Positions 9,238-17,591 of a stretch of DNA of 64,000 bases are shown piece after piece; position 1 is the first letter of the stretch, and each line of letters begins with the position of its first letter. The notes beneath the pieces are model-generated. The model was not told where the DNA came from and did not search any database. It was given only the letters and a program-made list of their open reading frames with translations. Position numbers and translations under genes: made by a program. The DNA lies in NCBI GenBank assembly GCA_028282585.1, contig JANQHR010000034.1:18068-82067 (forward strand), read 5' to 3'. Origin of the DNA: Bacteroidales bacterium (GTDB taxonomy: Bacteria > Bacteroidota > Bacteroidia > Bacteroidales > UBA12077).

Positions 9238-9364
9238 CAATAAGTTTAAAAAACATTGTTCTTGTTTTAAGTTGACATAAGAACCCAAATTTTTGCATAA
9301 ACATATGCATCAAGAAAATATCCGGAAAACAGGTTAATAATTTTTTATTCATTTGAACCATTAC

Positions 9365-9534
9365 AATACTTTTTTCTTTCCCTTTCGTATTCGCAATAGC
9401 TTTGATAAGTGTTTCGAGTATTAAAATTAAAAACTATTTTTATAATAGCAAGGCTGTTCTATGAATTAAATATTTAAACGAGATAAACAGAAGTAAAAAA
9501 TCCCGACAAAATCTGCCAGGATTGCTGTCCGACT
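9365..9534. repeat. direct repeat copy 1 (tRNA-Gln 3' 10 nt + terminator + downstream flank)
   Basis: near-identical to 13668-13830, ending in CTGTCCGACT. Confidence 0.95.
9495..9523 (-). terminator. intrinsic terminator within the repeat, downstream of the metal-chaperone operon
   Basis: minus strand AATCCTGGCA-GATTT-TGTCGGGATT-TTTT. Confidence 0.65.
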
Positions 9535-9590
9535 GGTCTGCCGGCAGGTTTCTTGTTTTAAATATTGTCCATATACCATTCCGGATAAAA

Positions 9591-9797
9591 TCATAATTCA
9601 CTTAAAGCTCGTTTGAAATAGCTAATAATTTTAAGCGTATATTCTTTACCATAAGTGGCAACATATTTCTTATGCTCAGCATGCTGGGGATTTTCTAGAA
9701 CATCAAGTCTTTGCCTGATGTATTCTTCTGAGAATGGTTGTTTATCTTCTCCAAAGATACATTGTTTCCATTCCTGGTATGATTGTTTAATATCCAT
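9591..9797 (-). CDS. small hypothetical protein
   Basis: 68 aa, starts 2 bp after the COG0523 gene stop. Confidence 0.7.
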   Translation of the reverse strand: MDIKQSYQEWKQCIFGEDKQPFSEEYIRQRLDVLENPQHAEHKKYVATYGKEYTLKIISYFKRALSEL

Positions 9798-9799
9798 TG

Positions 9800-10975
9800 C
9801 TAAGAGGCTTTTTTCAGAAATCCAAACTCAATCATTTCATCTTCAGTACAAAGACAAGCATCAAGTCCTTTCCTGATTTCATCTTCAGGCATATCTTGTC
9901 CAATATGTACAATCTCGATGTGTCGGTCGCCAAAATGTTTATCCCAACTTGCCATAATTAATTCTTCGTTTGCCTGAAATGCAGGATGTTGGTTTCGATC
10001 CTTTATAGTTAGTGATGCCCACCAAACGCCGACTTTATTAATGCTCGACATACGACCTGCATGGCTCCAAACCAATGCATCGCCAGGTTGTGAAGCTAAC
10101 CAATAGAACCCTTTACTACGCAATATTGAACTGTGCCAATGATCATTTACATACTTTTCAAAGCGTTGGGGGTGAAAAGGGAAGCGGCTTCGGTAAACAA
10201 ATGAGCCAATTCCATATTCGTCAGTTTCCGGGATATGCTCAGATTCAAGTTCTTTTAACCATCCGGCACTTCTTGATGCTTCTTCAAAATCAAACATTCC
10301 TGTATTAAGAATTTCCGATAGTTTAACCTTACCATAAGATGTTGTAATAATCTTTGCGTCTGGGTTAAATTTTTTCAATACCCTTTTTATTTCTTCCAGT
10401 TTATAAGGTGATGAAAGGTCGGCTTTATTGATAACAATTACATTGGCAAACTCAATTTGATCTGTCAGTAAATCAACAATATTGCGCTCATCTTCCTGAT
10501 CGTTTAAATCACGTTCGGCAATGGTATCCATCGACATAAAGTCTTTTTCAAAATTTAATGCATCTATAACAGTTACCATCGTATCAAGGCTGCATAGTTT
10601 GGTAAGGTCCAAGCCAAGTTCTTCAAAGGAGTAGCTAAAAGTTTGAGCTACCGGAAGGGGTTCAGATATTCCTGTACTTTCTATGAGCAGGTAATCAAAT
10701 CTGCCTTCCGAAGCCAGTTTTGAAACCTCTTTCACCAAATCATCGCGCAAGGTGCAGCAAATACAACCGTTGCTCATCTCCACAAGTTTTTCTTCTGTCC
10801 GAGAAAGTGTAGAACCTTGTTCAACTAATTTGCTGTCAATATTTATATCGCTCATATCATTTACAATTACAGCTACTTTTAAATTACTACGGTTGTTAAG
10901 TACATGATTGAGCAAGGTGGTTTTTCCAGCTCCTAAAAAACCACTCAATACGGTCACAGGAATTTTTTTGTCCAT
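9800..10975 (-). CDS. COG0523/CobW family metallochaperone GTPase (YciC/ZigA-like)
   Basis: [22 protein letters not shown], Cob[10 protein letters not shown]. Confidence 0.95.
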   Translation of the reverse strand: MDKKIPVTVLSGFLGAGKTTLLNHVLNNRSNLKVAVIVNDMSDINIDSKLVEQGSTLSRTEEKLVEMSNGCICCTLRDDLVKEVSKLASEGRFDYLLIESTGISEPLPVAQTFSYSFEELGLDLTKLCSLDTMVTVIDALNFEKDFMSMDTIAERDLNDQEDERNIVDLLTDQIEFANVIVINKADLSSPYKLEEIKRVLKKFNPDAKIITTSYGKVKLSEILNTGMFDFEEASRSAGWLKELESEHIPETDEYGIGSFVYRSRFPFHPQRFEKYVNDHWHSSILRSKGFYWLASQPGDALVWSHAGRMSSINKVGVWWASLTIKDRNQHPAFQANEELIMASWDKHFGDRHIEIVHIGQDMPEDEIRKGLDACLCTEDEMIEFGFLKKAS

Positions 10976-10987
10976 GTATATAAGATT

Positions 10988-11374
10988 TTAAATTTCACAA
11001 CAATTATCAATACACTGGCAGTACTTTTTGTTGTACAAATGCAATGCAAATAATAAAAAAGCAGATACGTAAAGCCAAAACAAAGGCAATGAAGCAATTT
11101 CGGTGTGATGGTTTACAATTAAAAAGCTAAGTATGCCAAATAAAATATAAAATGCGTGCTTTACCCACTTTTTAGAACTGTTTTTTGCAGCAAAATAAAC
11201 AGCTACAAAGGATATGGTTAAAAACAGAAAATCTATAGCACGCCACCAAATAGGGCTTTCTGCGCAACAGCTTGCTGCACAGGCCTGGGCAATAAAAATA
11301 AAAGGTGTTATTATGCAATGTACAAGGCATAAGCTTGAGCTTGCCATCCCAATGTTATCAGCTGAAATTCTCAT
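10988..11374 (-). CDS. MerC domain membrane protein
   Basis: DNIGMASSSLCLVHCI, about 4 TM, Cys-rich tail. Confidence 0.85.
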   Translation of the reverse strand: MRISADNIGMASSSLCLVHCIITPFIFIAQACAASCCAESPIWWRAIDFLFLTISFVAVYFAAKNSSKKWVKHAFYILFGILSFLIVNHHTEIASLPLFWLYVSAFLLFALHLYNKKYCQCIDNCCEI

Positions 11375-11438
11375 TTCGTTTCATCTTTAATTTATTTTTC
11401 GCCTATATTAAGAACTGTTGTAGTTTTAATAATTCCAT

Positions 11439-12479
11439 CTATTCTTTTTGTATGTTGGTTTCTTCGACATGCGCTACCAATAATTGATAGAGATTATCTT
11501 CTAATAGATCATGGTTTATTTTTTTTCCAATAAAAACAAGCTTGCAAAAAGGTGTTTCGTTTTCCCAATTATCTCCCTGTTCAATCATAAAACTATCTCT
11601 AACCGCTTGGAAAATATGCTTTTCAGGCGTATCATCGAAACTGATAATTCCTTTTACCCTAAATATGTTTTCTCGGTTAAAAAACAGAAAATTCTGCATC
11701 CAAAAACTAAATTTCTCCATGTCAAAACTTCCAGGGATAATGAAACCATACGATTTAATGTCGTGTTTATGATCCTGATGTGTTTGCTTGCTCAACAGCG
11801 AAGTCTGGCTTATAACCGGGCTTTTCACAAAACTTAAATTTTGGAACGACATAGTTGTTTTTTCTATGGTTTTCCCCGAAAAAGCTTTCATGTCAAGTAA
11901 ATTAACATTTTCAACCTTTGCATATTTAGCTGTATAAAGTATGGCCATTGGATTTATGCTTTCGATTACTTTTTCGAGCTCTGTTAAGTACCCGGATTGT
12001 ATAGTATCTACTTTGTTAAGAATCACAACATCGGCTAAGGTCAATTGTTTCCTTACTTCGGGTTGTTCATCTATCATGTCTTCCATAATGGAACAGTCGG
12101 CCAGACAAATAACACAATCAAGCCTAAAATTTAGCTGTATCTCTTCTGATGAAAGAAATGCCTTAATAATTGAATCAGGGTCGGCAATTCCTGTGCTTTC
12201 TATCAACAAGTGGTTAAATGGAAATTGGCTGTTGAGTAATTTTGTAATTGTTTCATAAAAACCTTCGTTGAGTGAACAGCAAATACAACCATTCGAAAGT
12301 TCAAAAATGTTTTGGTCCGTACCCACAATTAAGCCACCATCAATACCTATTTCACCAAATTCATTCTCAATGATGGCAAACTTTTTTTCCGGATGGTCTT
12401 TAATCAATTGGTTGAGCAAGGTTGTTTTTCCTGCCCCTAAAAAACCTGTTATAATCGTTACTGGGATTCTGCTATCCAT
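11439..12479 (-). CDS. second COG0523/CobW family GTPase
   Basis: [23 protein letters not shown], His patch HQDHKHD, FRVKG. Confidence 0.95.
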   Translation of the reverse strand: MDSRIPVTIITGFLGAGKTTLLNQLIKDHPEKKFAIIENEFGEIGIDGGLIVGTDQNIFELSNGCICCSLNEGFYETITKLLNSQFPFNHLLIESTGIADPDSIIKAFLSSEEIQLNFRLDCVICLADCSIMEDMIDEQPEVRKQLTLADVVILNKVDTIQSGYLTELEKVIESINPMAILYTAKYAKVENVNLLDMKAFSGKTIEKTTMSFQNLSFVKSPVISQTSLLSKQTHQDHKHDIKSYGFIIPGSFDMEKFSFWMQNFLFFNRENIFRVKGIISFDDTPEKHIFQAVRDSFMIEQGDNWENETPFCKLVFIGKKINHDLLEDNLYQLLVAHVEETNIQKE

Positions 12480-12487
12480 ATCTTTGA

Positions 12488-12889
12488 TTAATTACATTTT
12501 GTACAATATCCTTTTATTAAGAGCTCAGCCTGTTTCGGTTTATAATAATCGGGCAAATCTTTATATTCCCAGTTTACTTCAGGAATGCAAAACACCCTGC
12601 TACATTTTTGGCAATAAAAATGAGCATGTTGTTTGGTTTGGTTTTGCTTTTCGGTAATGGCGTATTTAATAAGGGTATTGTCGATTACTATTTTATGAAT
12701 GACCTCTTTCGCAATAAGTGTTTTAAAATTTCGATAAAAGGTGGTCCGATCGAAATTGCTGGAAATAGCTGTTTTAACCTCCTCTTCTGATAATGGAGTT
12801 GGAGATTCTACAATAGCCTTTATTATTTCTTCACGGCATGAAGTCCGAATTAAGTTGTTTTGTTGTAATATTTCAGTAACCTTATTCAT
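12488..12889 (-). CDS. Fur family regulator (Zur-like)
   Basis: DRTTFYR, HAHFYCQKC, terminal CTKC. Confidence 0.9.
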   Translation of the reverse strand: MNKVTEILQQNNLIRTSCREEIIKAIVESPTPLSEEEVKTAISSNFDRTTFYRNFKTLIAKEVIHKIVIDNTLIKYAITEKQNQTKQHAHFYCQKCSRVFCIPEVNWEYKDLPDYYKPKQAELLIKGYCTKCN

Positions 12890-12909
12890 ATTTGCAACAA
12901 TGATTTAAA

Positions 12910-12930
12910 TGCAATAATATTGCAAATATA
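12910..12930 (-). promoter_or_regulatory. candidate Fur/Zur-family operator overlapping the -7 promoter element
   Basis: palindrome TGCAAT-AAT-ATTGCA (12910-12924); minus-strand TATATTTG (12923-12930) fits the Bacteroidota TAnnTTTG consensus. Confidence 0.7.
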
Positions 12931-13039
12931 ATAAACAATATATTAAATGTATTGTTTTCTAAAACAATAATTTGTCCCAACCTATCTTATGCCTGGCAGA
13001 AAGGAAACAGCTTTTTTACAAACTTAGGACGTGTTAGGG

Positions 13040-13173
13040 TTTATGCGTTTAGTTAATATGCTGTTATGGGTGGAATTACCTCAGAGAGTGGGAACAAACA
13101 AAATAACTCCTATCAAATTTAGCGGATTACAGTCCTTGTCGCCCATTTTGTATATACAGCGTTAACGGGGCAT
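13040..13173 (-). repeat. attC-like element downstream of the SH3 gene
   Basis: arms ATGGGTGG/TCGCCCAT; internal CAAATTTAGC shared with 3444-3582; end TATATACAGCGTTAACGGGGCAT. Confidence 0.55.
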
Positions 13174-13216
13174 TATTTTTTATATTTTTGTCTATTAAAT
13201 AAGAAACTTAGAAAGC

Positions 13217-13606
13217 TTATAACTGGAAAGCTTTTGGGCTAATTACTTCATCAGGAATCCAACCTTCTTTATTATTGCTTACGTTCCTAACCCAAGTCCA
13301 GCCGTTCAATGATTTTATCTTTATGACCTTTTCGCCTACATTTATATTCAATTCTTGAGCACTGTACTCTTCTTTCACAACTCCTTCCAAATTATCATTC
13401 GTTTTATCTATAAGCTGTACAGGTACCCAACCTCCTTGTCCTTTTACATTTTCAGTCCAAACCCAATTTTTCCACTTTTCTTCTGGAGCAAGTTCACCAA
13501 GTTTAACTATCTCACCCTTCGATAATTTTATTGGATTAGGGTATTGAGTTCTGTGATCTGAAACACATTCCCAAACTGTGTTGTCATTGTATTCAATTTG
13601 ATTCAT
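13217..13606 (-). CDS. tandem SH3-domain protein
   Basis: two copies of W(V/T)W..GW(V/I)P; YSAQELNINVGE. Confidence 0.85.
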   Translation of the reverse strand: MNQIEYNDNTVWECVSDHRTQYPNPIKLSKGEIVKLGELAPEEKWKNWVWTENVKGQGGWVPVQLIDKTNDNLEGVVKEEYSAQELNINVGEKVIKIKSLNGWTWVRNVSNNKEGWIPDEVISPKAFQL

Positions 13607-13641
13607 AATTCGCTTTTCTTTTGAGGTATCTATCTTTTTTA

Positions 13642-13666
13642 ATGTCTGCTAACTTCTTGCTATAAC
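13642..13666 (-). other. putative attI-like recombination half-site 2
   Basis: minus strand GTTATAGCAAGAAGTTAGCAGACAT, abutting direct repeat copy 2. Confidence 0.45.
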
Positions 13667-13667
13667 A

Positions 13668-13830
13668 AATACTTTTTCTCGCCTTTTCGCATTCGCAATA
13701 GCTTTGGTAAGTGTTTCGAATATTAAAAACTATTTTTATAATAGCAAGGCTGTTCTATGAATTAAATATTTAAATGAGATAAACAGACGTAAAAAATCCC
13801 GACAAAATCTGCCGGGATTGCTGTCCGACT
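13668..13830. repeat. direct repeat copy 2 (overlaps the tRNA-Gln 3' end)
   Basis: near-identical to 9365-9534. Confidence 0.95.
13791..13819 (-). terminator. tRNA-Gln terminator
   Basis: minus strand AATCCCGGCA-GATTT-TGTCGGGATT-TTTT. Confidence 0.75.
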
Positions 13831-13893
13831 AGGGCTCGAACCTAGACTCTTCTGAACCAAAATCAGACGTGTTGCCAATTACACCATCGGACA
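13821..13893 (-). tRNA. tRNA-Gln (TTG)
   Basis: acceptor TGTCCGA/TCGGACA, anticodon arm TCTGA-TTTTGGT-TCAGA, T-loop GGTTCGAGCCC; CCA not encoded. Confidence 0.97.
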
Positions 13894-13907
13894 ATTGAAT
13901 GAGTGTG

Positions 13908-13937
13908 CAAATTTAACAAAAAATTATTTTTAGCAAA
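13908..13937 (-). promoter_or_regulatory. Bacteroidota sigma70 promoter for tRNA-Gln
   Basis: minus strand TTTG-N18-TAAATTTG. Confidence 0.7.
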
Positions 13938-13967
13938 TATTTTTAGAAGTTTTTTTGAAAAATCCTT

Positions 13968-15476
13968 TTAAGGTACTTGGTTATACAACACTTTTTTCAT
14001 TCTTACCGGTACGAAAATCATAGCCAGCATACTAACGACACAACACCATCCCAGAAAATCGCCCATTAATGGGTACAAAGTTTTAATTCCGCCTATTGGT
14101 ATTTCAGCATACATAATTCCAGAGCTTGTCTTATCCGAATCCATTTGTGTCAGAATATTTCCATTATAATCTTCTGCGAATGAAACTCCATTATAGGTTG
14201 CACGGACAAATGAAAAACCATTTTCTATTGCTCTTAAAGTATAACTCGGGCCGGTACTTTTGGGCCAATCGTATGAGGGGGCAAGCATAATATCAACATC
14301 TTTGCGTCCGGCTTGCTTTACATAACCTTGAAAAGTCATATCTCTGCAAATTGAAATGCCGATTTTGCCATATGGTGAATCATAGGTTTGAATAACTTCC
14401 GGGCCTTTTCGAAAAGCAACGGTTTCACCATGATTTTTAAATCCCAGTAAGTATCGTTTGGCATAATCTAATTGAATTTCACCTTTATCATCGATTAATA
14501 AATGCTTATTTTCACCCTTACCATTTTGTATGAAATAAGCGTATGTAATACTTAGAAAAATCTGGTTTTCTCTTGCTATATCTTTATATCGTTCTCTTAA
14601 CTTTGTTTCATCTTCCTGGTTAACCGTAATTGCAAATTCCTGGAAAGTTATAATCTTTGCTCCATTTAAAGCTGCTTTACGAGTAAGCTCTTCAATTCTA
14701 GAAACAGTTTTTTCGTAAGGAAAAGTTATTTTATTATGATAAACCTTTTCCATTTCAATTATGTCTTCGTTTTCTTCAGGTATTAAAACTGCAGCGGCAA
14801 TTTTTACGGTATCCTGGTCAGGGCCTTTTAGTAAAGCCGTTTTAAGAATTCCATAAATAAGAATTAAGCCAAATACCAAAACCAGACTGATTACATGATT
14901 TTTTATTTTTCTCCAACGAAAACTATTTTCCCATGCGTAATTAATAATTGATGCAAGCCAGGAATAAACAAATACAAAAATCCAGATGCCAAATATTGAA
15001 ATAACTTGTATAAATGTTAATGGTCCATAAACAAATTTACCACTCATTCCGGCGCCATCAAATGGCCCTTCAAGTGAAGAAAGGAAAAAAACTGCTGTGG
15101 CAATAACGGGGTAGGTTAAAATAGAAAAAAATTTATTCTCTTTGTATTTTGCCCAGATTAACCTGTCCACTGCAAATGGAATAATATACAAAATTGCTAA
15201 TAAAGAGCTTCTTAAAGAATTAAAAAGTATCATAGTTGAAGAGTTATCTATCTTAAACAACCCCCATAGTGAAATATTCAGGCTTAAAAGGAATCCTAAA
15301 AAGCTAAATAATATTGCTCTTCCTGCAGGCTGGGTCCTGATAAACCTAAGAATAAAAATTGGGGCGATAACGTTTGCAATATGAATACTTGGCAGCAGTT
15401 CACTTCTCCGGGTAAACATAAAGATCCCAAACCCAAGTAAAAACAGAATGTACGGTTCAAATTTCTTCATAATCAA
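13968..15476 (-). CDS. membrane nitrilase-family protein (apolipoprotein N-acyltransferase-like)
   Basis: N-terminal TMs; C-N hydrolase triad candidates TFQE, YAK, ICRD; RAIENG. Confidence 0.85.
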   Translation of the reverse strand: MIMKKFEPYILFLLGFGIFMFTRRSELLPSIHIANVIAPIFILRFIRTQPAGRAILFSFLGFLLSLNISLWGLFKIDNSSTMILFNSLRSSLLAILYIIPFAVDRLIWAKYKENKFFSILTYPVIATAVFFLSSLEGPFDGAGMSGKFVYGPLTFIQVISIFGIWIFVFVYSWLASIINYAWENSFRWRKIKNHVISLVLVFGLILIYGILKTALLKGPDQDTVKIAAAVLIPEENEDIIEMEKVYHNKITFPYEKTVSRIEELTRKAALNGAKIITFQEFAITVNQEDETKLRERYKDIARENQIFLSITYAYFIQNGKGENKHLLIDDKGEIQLDYAKRYLLGFKNHGETVAFRKGPEVIQTYDSPYGKIGISICRDMTFQGYVKQAGRKDVDIMLAPSYDWPKSTGPSYTLRAIENGFSFVRATYNGVSFAEDYNGNILTQMDSDKTSSGIMYAEIPIGGIKTLYPLMGDFLGWCCVVSMLAMIFVPVRMKKVLYNQVP

Positions 15477-15557
15477 TATTTCATAATTAAAGGTAAGATT
15501 TTGATCACGGTAAGTTTAAAGTGATAGCTATAAAATTCTTACTTATGGAGTTTAAAG

Positions 15558-15594
15558 GATTGGATTATCAAAATACTGATTTAATAATCCAATC
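15558..15594 (-). terminator. inverted repeat after the long pspC-domain gene
   Basis: GATTGGATTAT-N15-ATAATCCAATC. Confidence 0.5.
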
Positions 15595-15615
15595 AATTAG
15601 AAATTCAATAATTAT

Positions 15616-17235
15616 TTATTCATCGTCGTATGTTACTTTGTAATATTTTTCAAGTCCTTCATCGGTCATGATCCATTTTCTTCCAACCATTTCTTCGGTC
15701 CTGTAATACTTTTCTTTTTCTACGTAATCCAATTGTTTTTCAATGCTTTTATCAAGATAAAGTATATAATTTTCAGGCACTTTTATTTTCACATCAACTT
15801 CCGGAAACTTCCAGCGATTTTTTTCTAACAAGGAGTAGACGGCATCAAACAAGATTACCGAATCCTTTTGGATAATTCTGTAATCCAAATCCTCAGCATT
15901 TTCTCTTGCTTCTCTTCTGTTGGAACCACGGCCTTTTTTAATTACTTCGATAATAAAGTCCGAACTATACGTATGTACTATATCAATTTCGGGGTAAGCA
16001 TATAAGTGTTTTTCATCTTCTTCATCATATATAATTTCGAATTCAGAATCGAAAATATAAAATCTGGATGTAGAGATCGATCTGTTTTCGGTAGCTTTTA
16101 AATATAGTGTCTTATTTGCTGGTTCGTTAATTTCAATAAAGTTATCATCATGAACAGAAACGGAATATTTCCTGAACTGGGTACCAACCATTACAACTAA
16201 AACAATAAGACTTAAAATCCAGGCAACAAAGCCAATACCTGCTATTGAACGATCGTTTGGCCTTATGCCGAGTAGAAGCTTGAAACCACCGTAAATAATA
16301 GCTAATAATGGTAAAAAAACTACCAGTATTGCACAAATGGCTACAATCCAGATTGTGTTAGGATCAACAAATGAATGAATCATATCGGTAAAAATTATAT
16401 GATCATCAATAAAAATATTATTCCAGGGCATAAAAGGTTCTCCGATTATTAAAGTACCTGTAAGGCCAATCAGAAAACCAACTCCTGCAACTATCAAGAC
16501 CAAACCAAAAACGGCTACAATAAATTTGAGAATGAACTTAAAGAAAGCACCGATGGCGTAAAACAGGCTTTCGAAAAATCCTTTTGTACGTTCGTAATCC
16601 TTTGAATTTTTAAAATCCTTAAGGTTGTCCTTTACGTTATCGTACTCTTTACGCACGTTTTTTTCAATATCAGAGATGTTAAACCGTTCACCTCGCATAT
16701 GTAGCTTTTCAGCTGTGGTATTTGCTGCGGGGAGCAATGCCCATAGAATAATATATGTTACAACAGCTATAAAAGGAAATCCAGGGCCAGAAAATGGCCA
16801 TGAAAAAATTATTAGAACCAAAACAATAATTCTTAAAATAATAGGATCGGTATTTAAGTAAGCACCTAAACCAGATAAAACCCCTCCTAAAATTCTATTA
16901 TCCGTATCGCGATATAGTCTTTTGGAAGTTCTTTCGTATTTTTTATATTCTTGTTTTTCCGTAGTATCGTCTTCATCGTCAAAATCTTCCGGACGACCCA
17001 TTATTTCAATAACTTCCTCGATATCTTCTTTGGAAATAACTTCTTTATCTTCGTTAAGTTTGCTTTGCAGTATTTCAGCAATTCTATATTCTATATCGGA
17101 AATGATTTCTTTTCCTTCACCATTGGACGCAAATCGCTGATTTATGGCAGTTAGATAGTTTTGTAGAATTTCATAAGCATCTTCATCCAAATGAAATATA
17201 ACTCCACCTATATTGATTTTAACTGTTTTTTTCAT
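15616..17235 (-). CDS. PspC domain membrane protein (long form)
   Basis: MKKTVKINIGG..DEDAY; KRLYRDTDNRILGGVLSGLGAY. Confidence 0.92.
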   Translation of the reverse strand: MKKTVKINIGGVIFHLDEDAYEILQNYLTAINQRFASNGEGKEIISDIEYRIAEILQSKLNEDKEVISKEDIEEVIEIMGRPEDFDDEDDTTEKQEYKKYERTSKRLYRDTDNRILGGVLSGLGAYLNTDPIILRIIVLVLIIFSWPFSGPGFPFIAVVTYIILWALLPAANTTAEKLHMRGERFNISDIEKNVRKEYDNVKDNLKDFKNSKDYERTKGFFESLFYAIGAFFKFILKFIVAVFGLVLIVAGVGFLIGLTGTLIIGEPFMPWNNIFIDDHIIFTDMIHSFVDPNTIWIVAICAILVVFLPLLAIIYGGFKLLLGIRPNDRSIAGIGFVAWILSLIVLVVMVGTQFRKYSVSVHDDNFIEINEPANKTLYLKATENRSISTSRFYIFDSEFEIIYDEEDEKHLYAYPEIDIVHTYSSDFIIEVIKKGRGSNRREARENAEDLDYRIIQKDSVILFDAVYSLLEKNRWKFPEVDVKIKVPENYILYLDKSIEKQLDYVEKEKYYRTEEMVGRKWIMTDEGLEKYYKVTYDDE

Positions 17236-17250
17236 TTTAGTTCGATTTTA

Positions 17251-17574
17251 TTAATTATTTATCGAGTTAACGGCTCCAACTAAATCTTCCCAGGATTTTT
17301 TAAGTTCCTCTAAATATTCTTTTCCTTTATCTGTTAAGGTATAATATTTTCGTGGAGGCCCCTGAGTTGATTCTTCCCAACGGTAACTTAACAGGCCGGC
17401 ATTTTTTTGCCTTGTTAAAAGAGGATAAAGGGTTCCTTCTACTACTATCATTTTTGCTTCTTTTAATGCTTTTATGATATCGGATGCGTAAAAATCCTGC
17501 TTGGATAGGATGGAAAGAATGCAGAATTCCAATACGCCTTTTTTCATCTGAGCTTTTGTATTTTCGAGATTCAT
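17251..17574 (-). CDS. PadR family transcriptional regulator
   Basis: QMKKGVLE, EGTLYPLL, GPPRKYYTLT. Confidence 0.95.
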   Translation of the reverse strand: MNLENTKAQMKKGVLEFCILSILSKQDFYASDIIKALKEAKMIVVEGTLYPLLTRQKNAGLLSYRWEESTQGPPRKYYTLTDKGKEYLEELKKSWEDLVGAVNSINN

Positions 17575-17591
17575 ATCTATTTATTTTAATT

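Noticed and set aside
1350-13173. Spaced repeats as a possible CRISPR array
   Set aside because: The repeats are long, degenerate and separated by whole genes; there are no 25-45 bp identical repeats with spacers and no cas genes.
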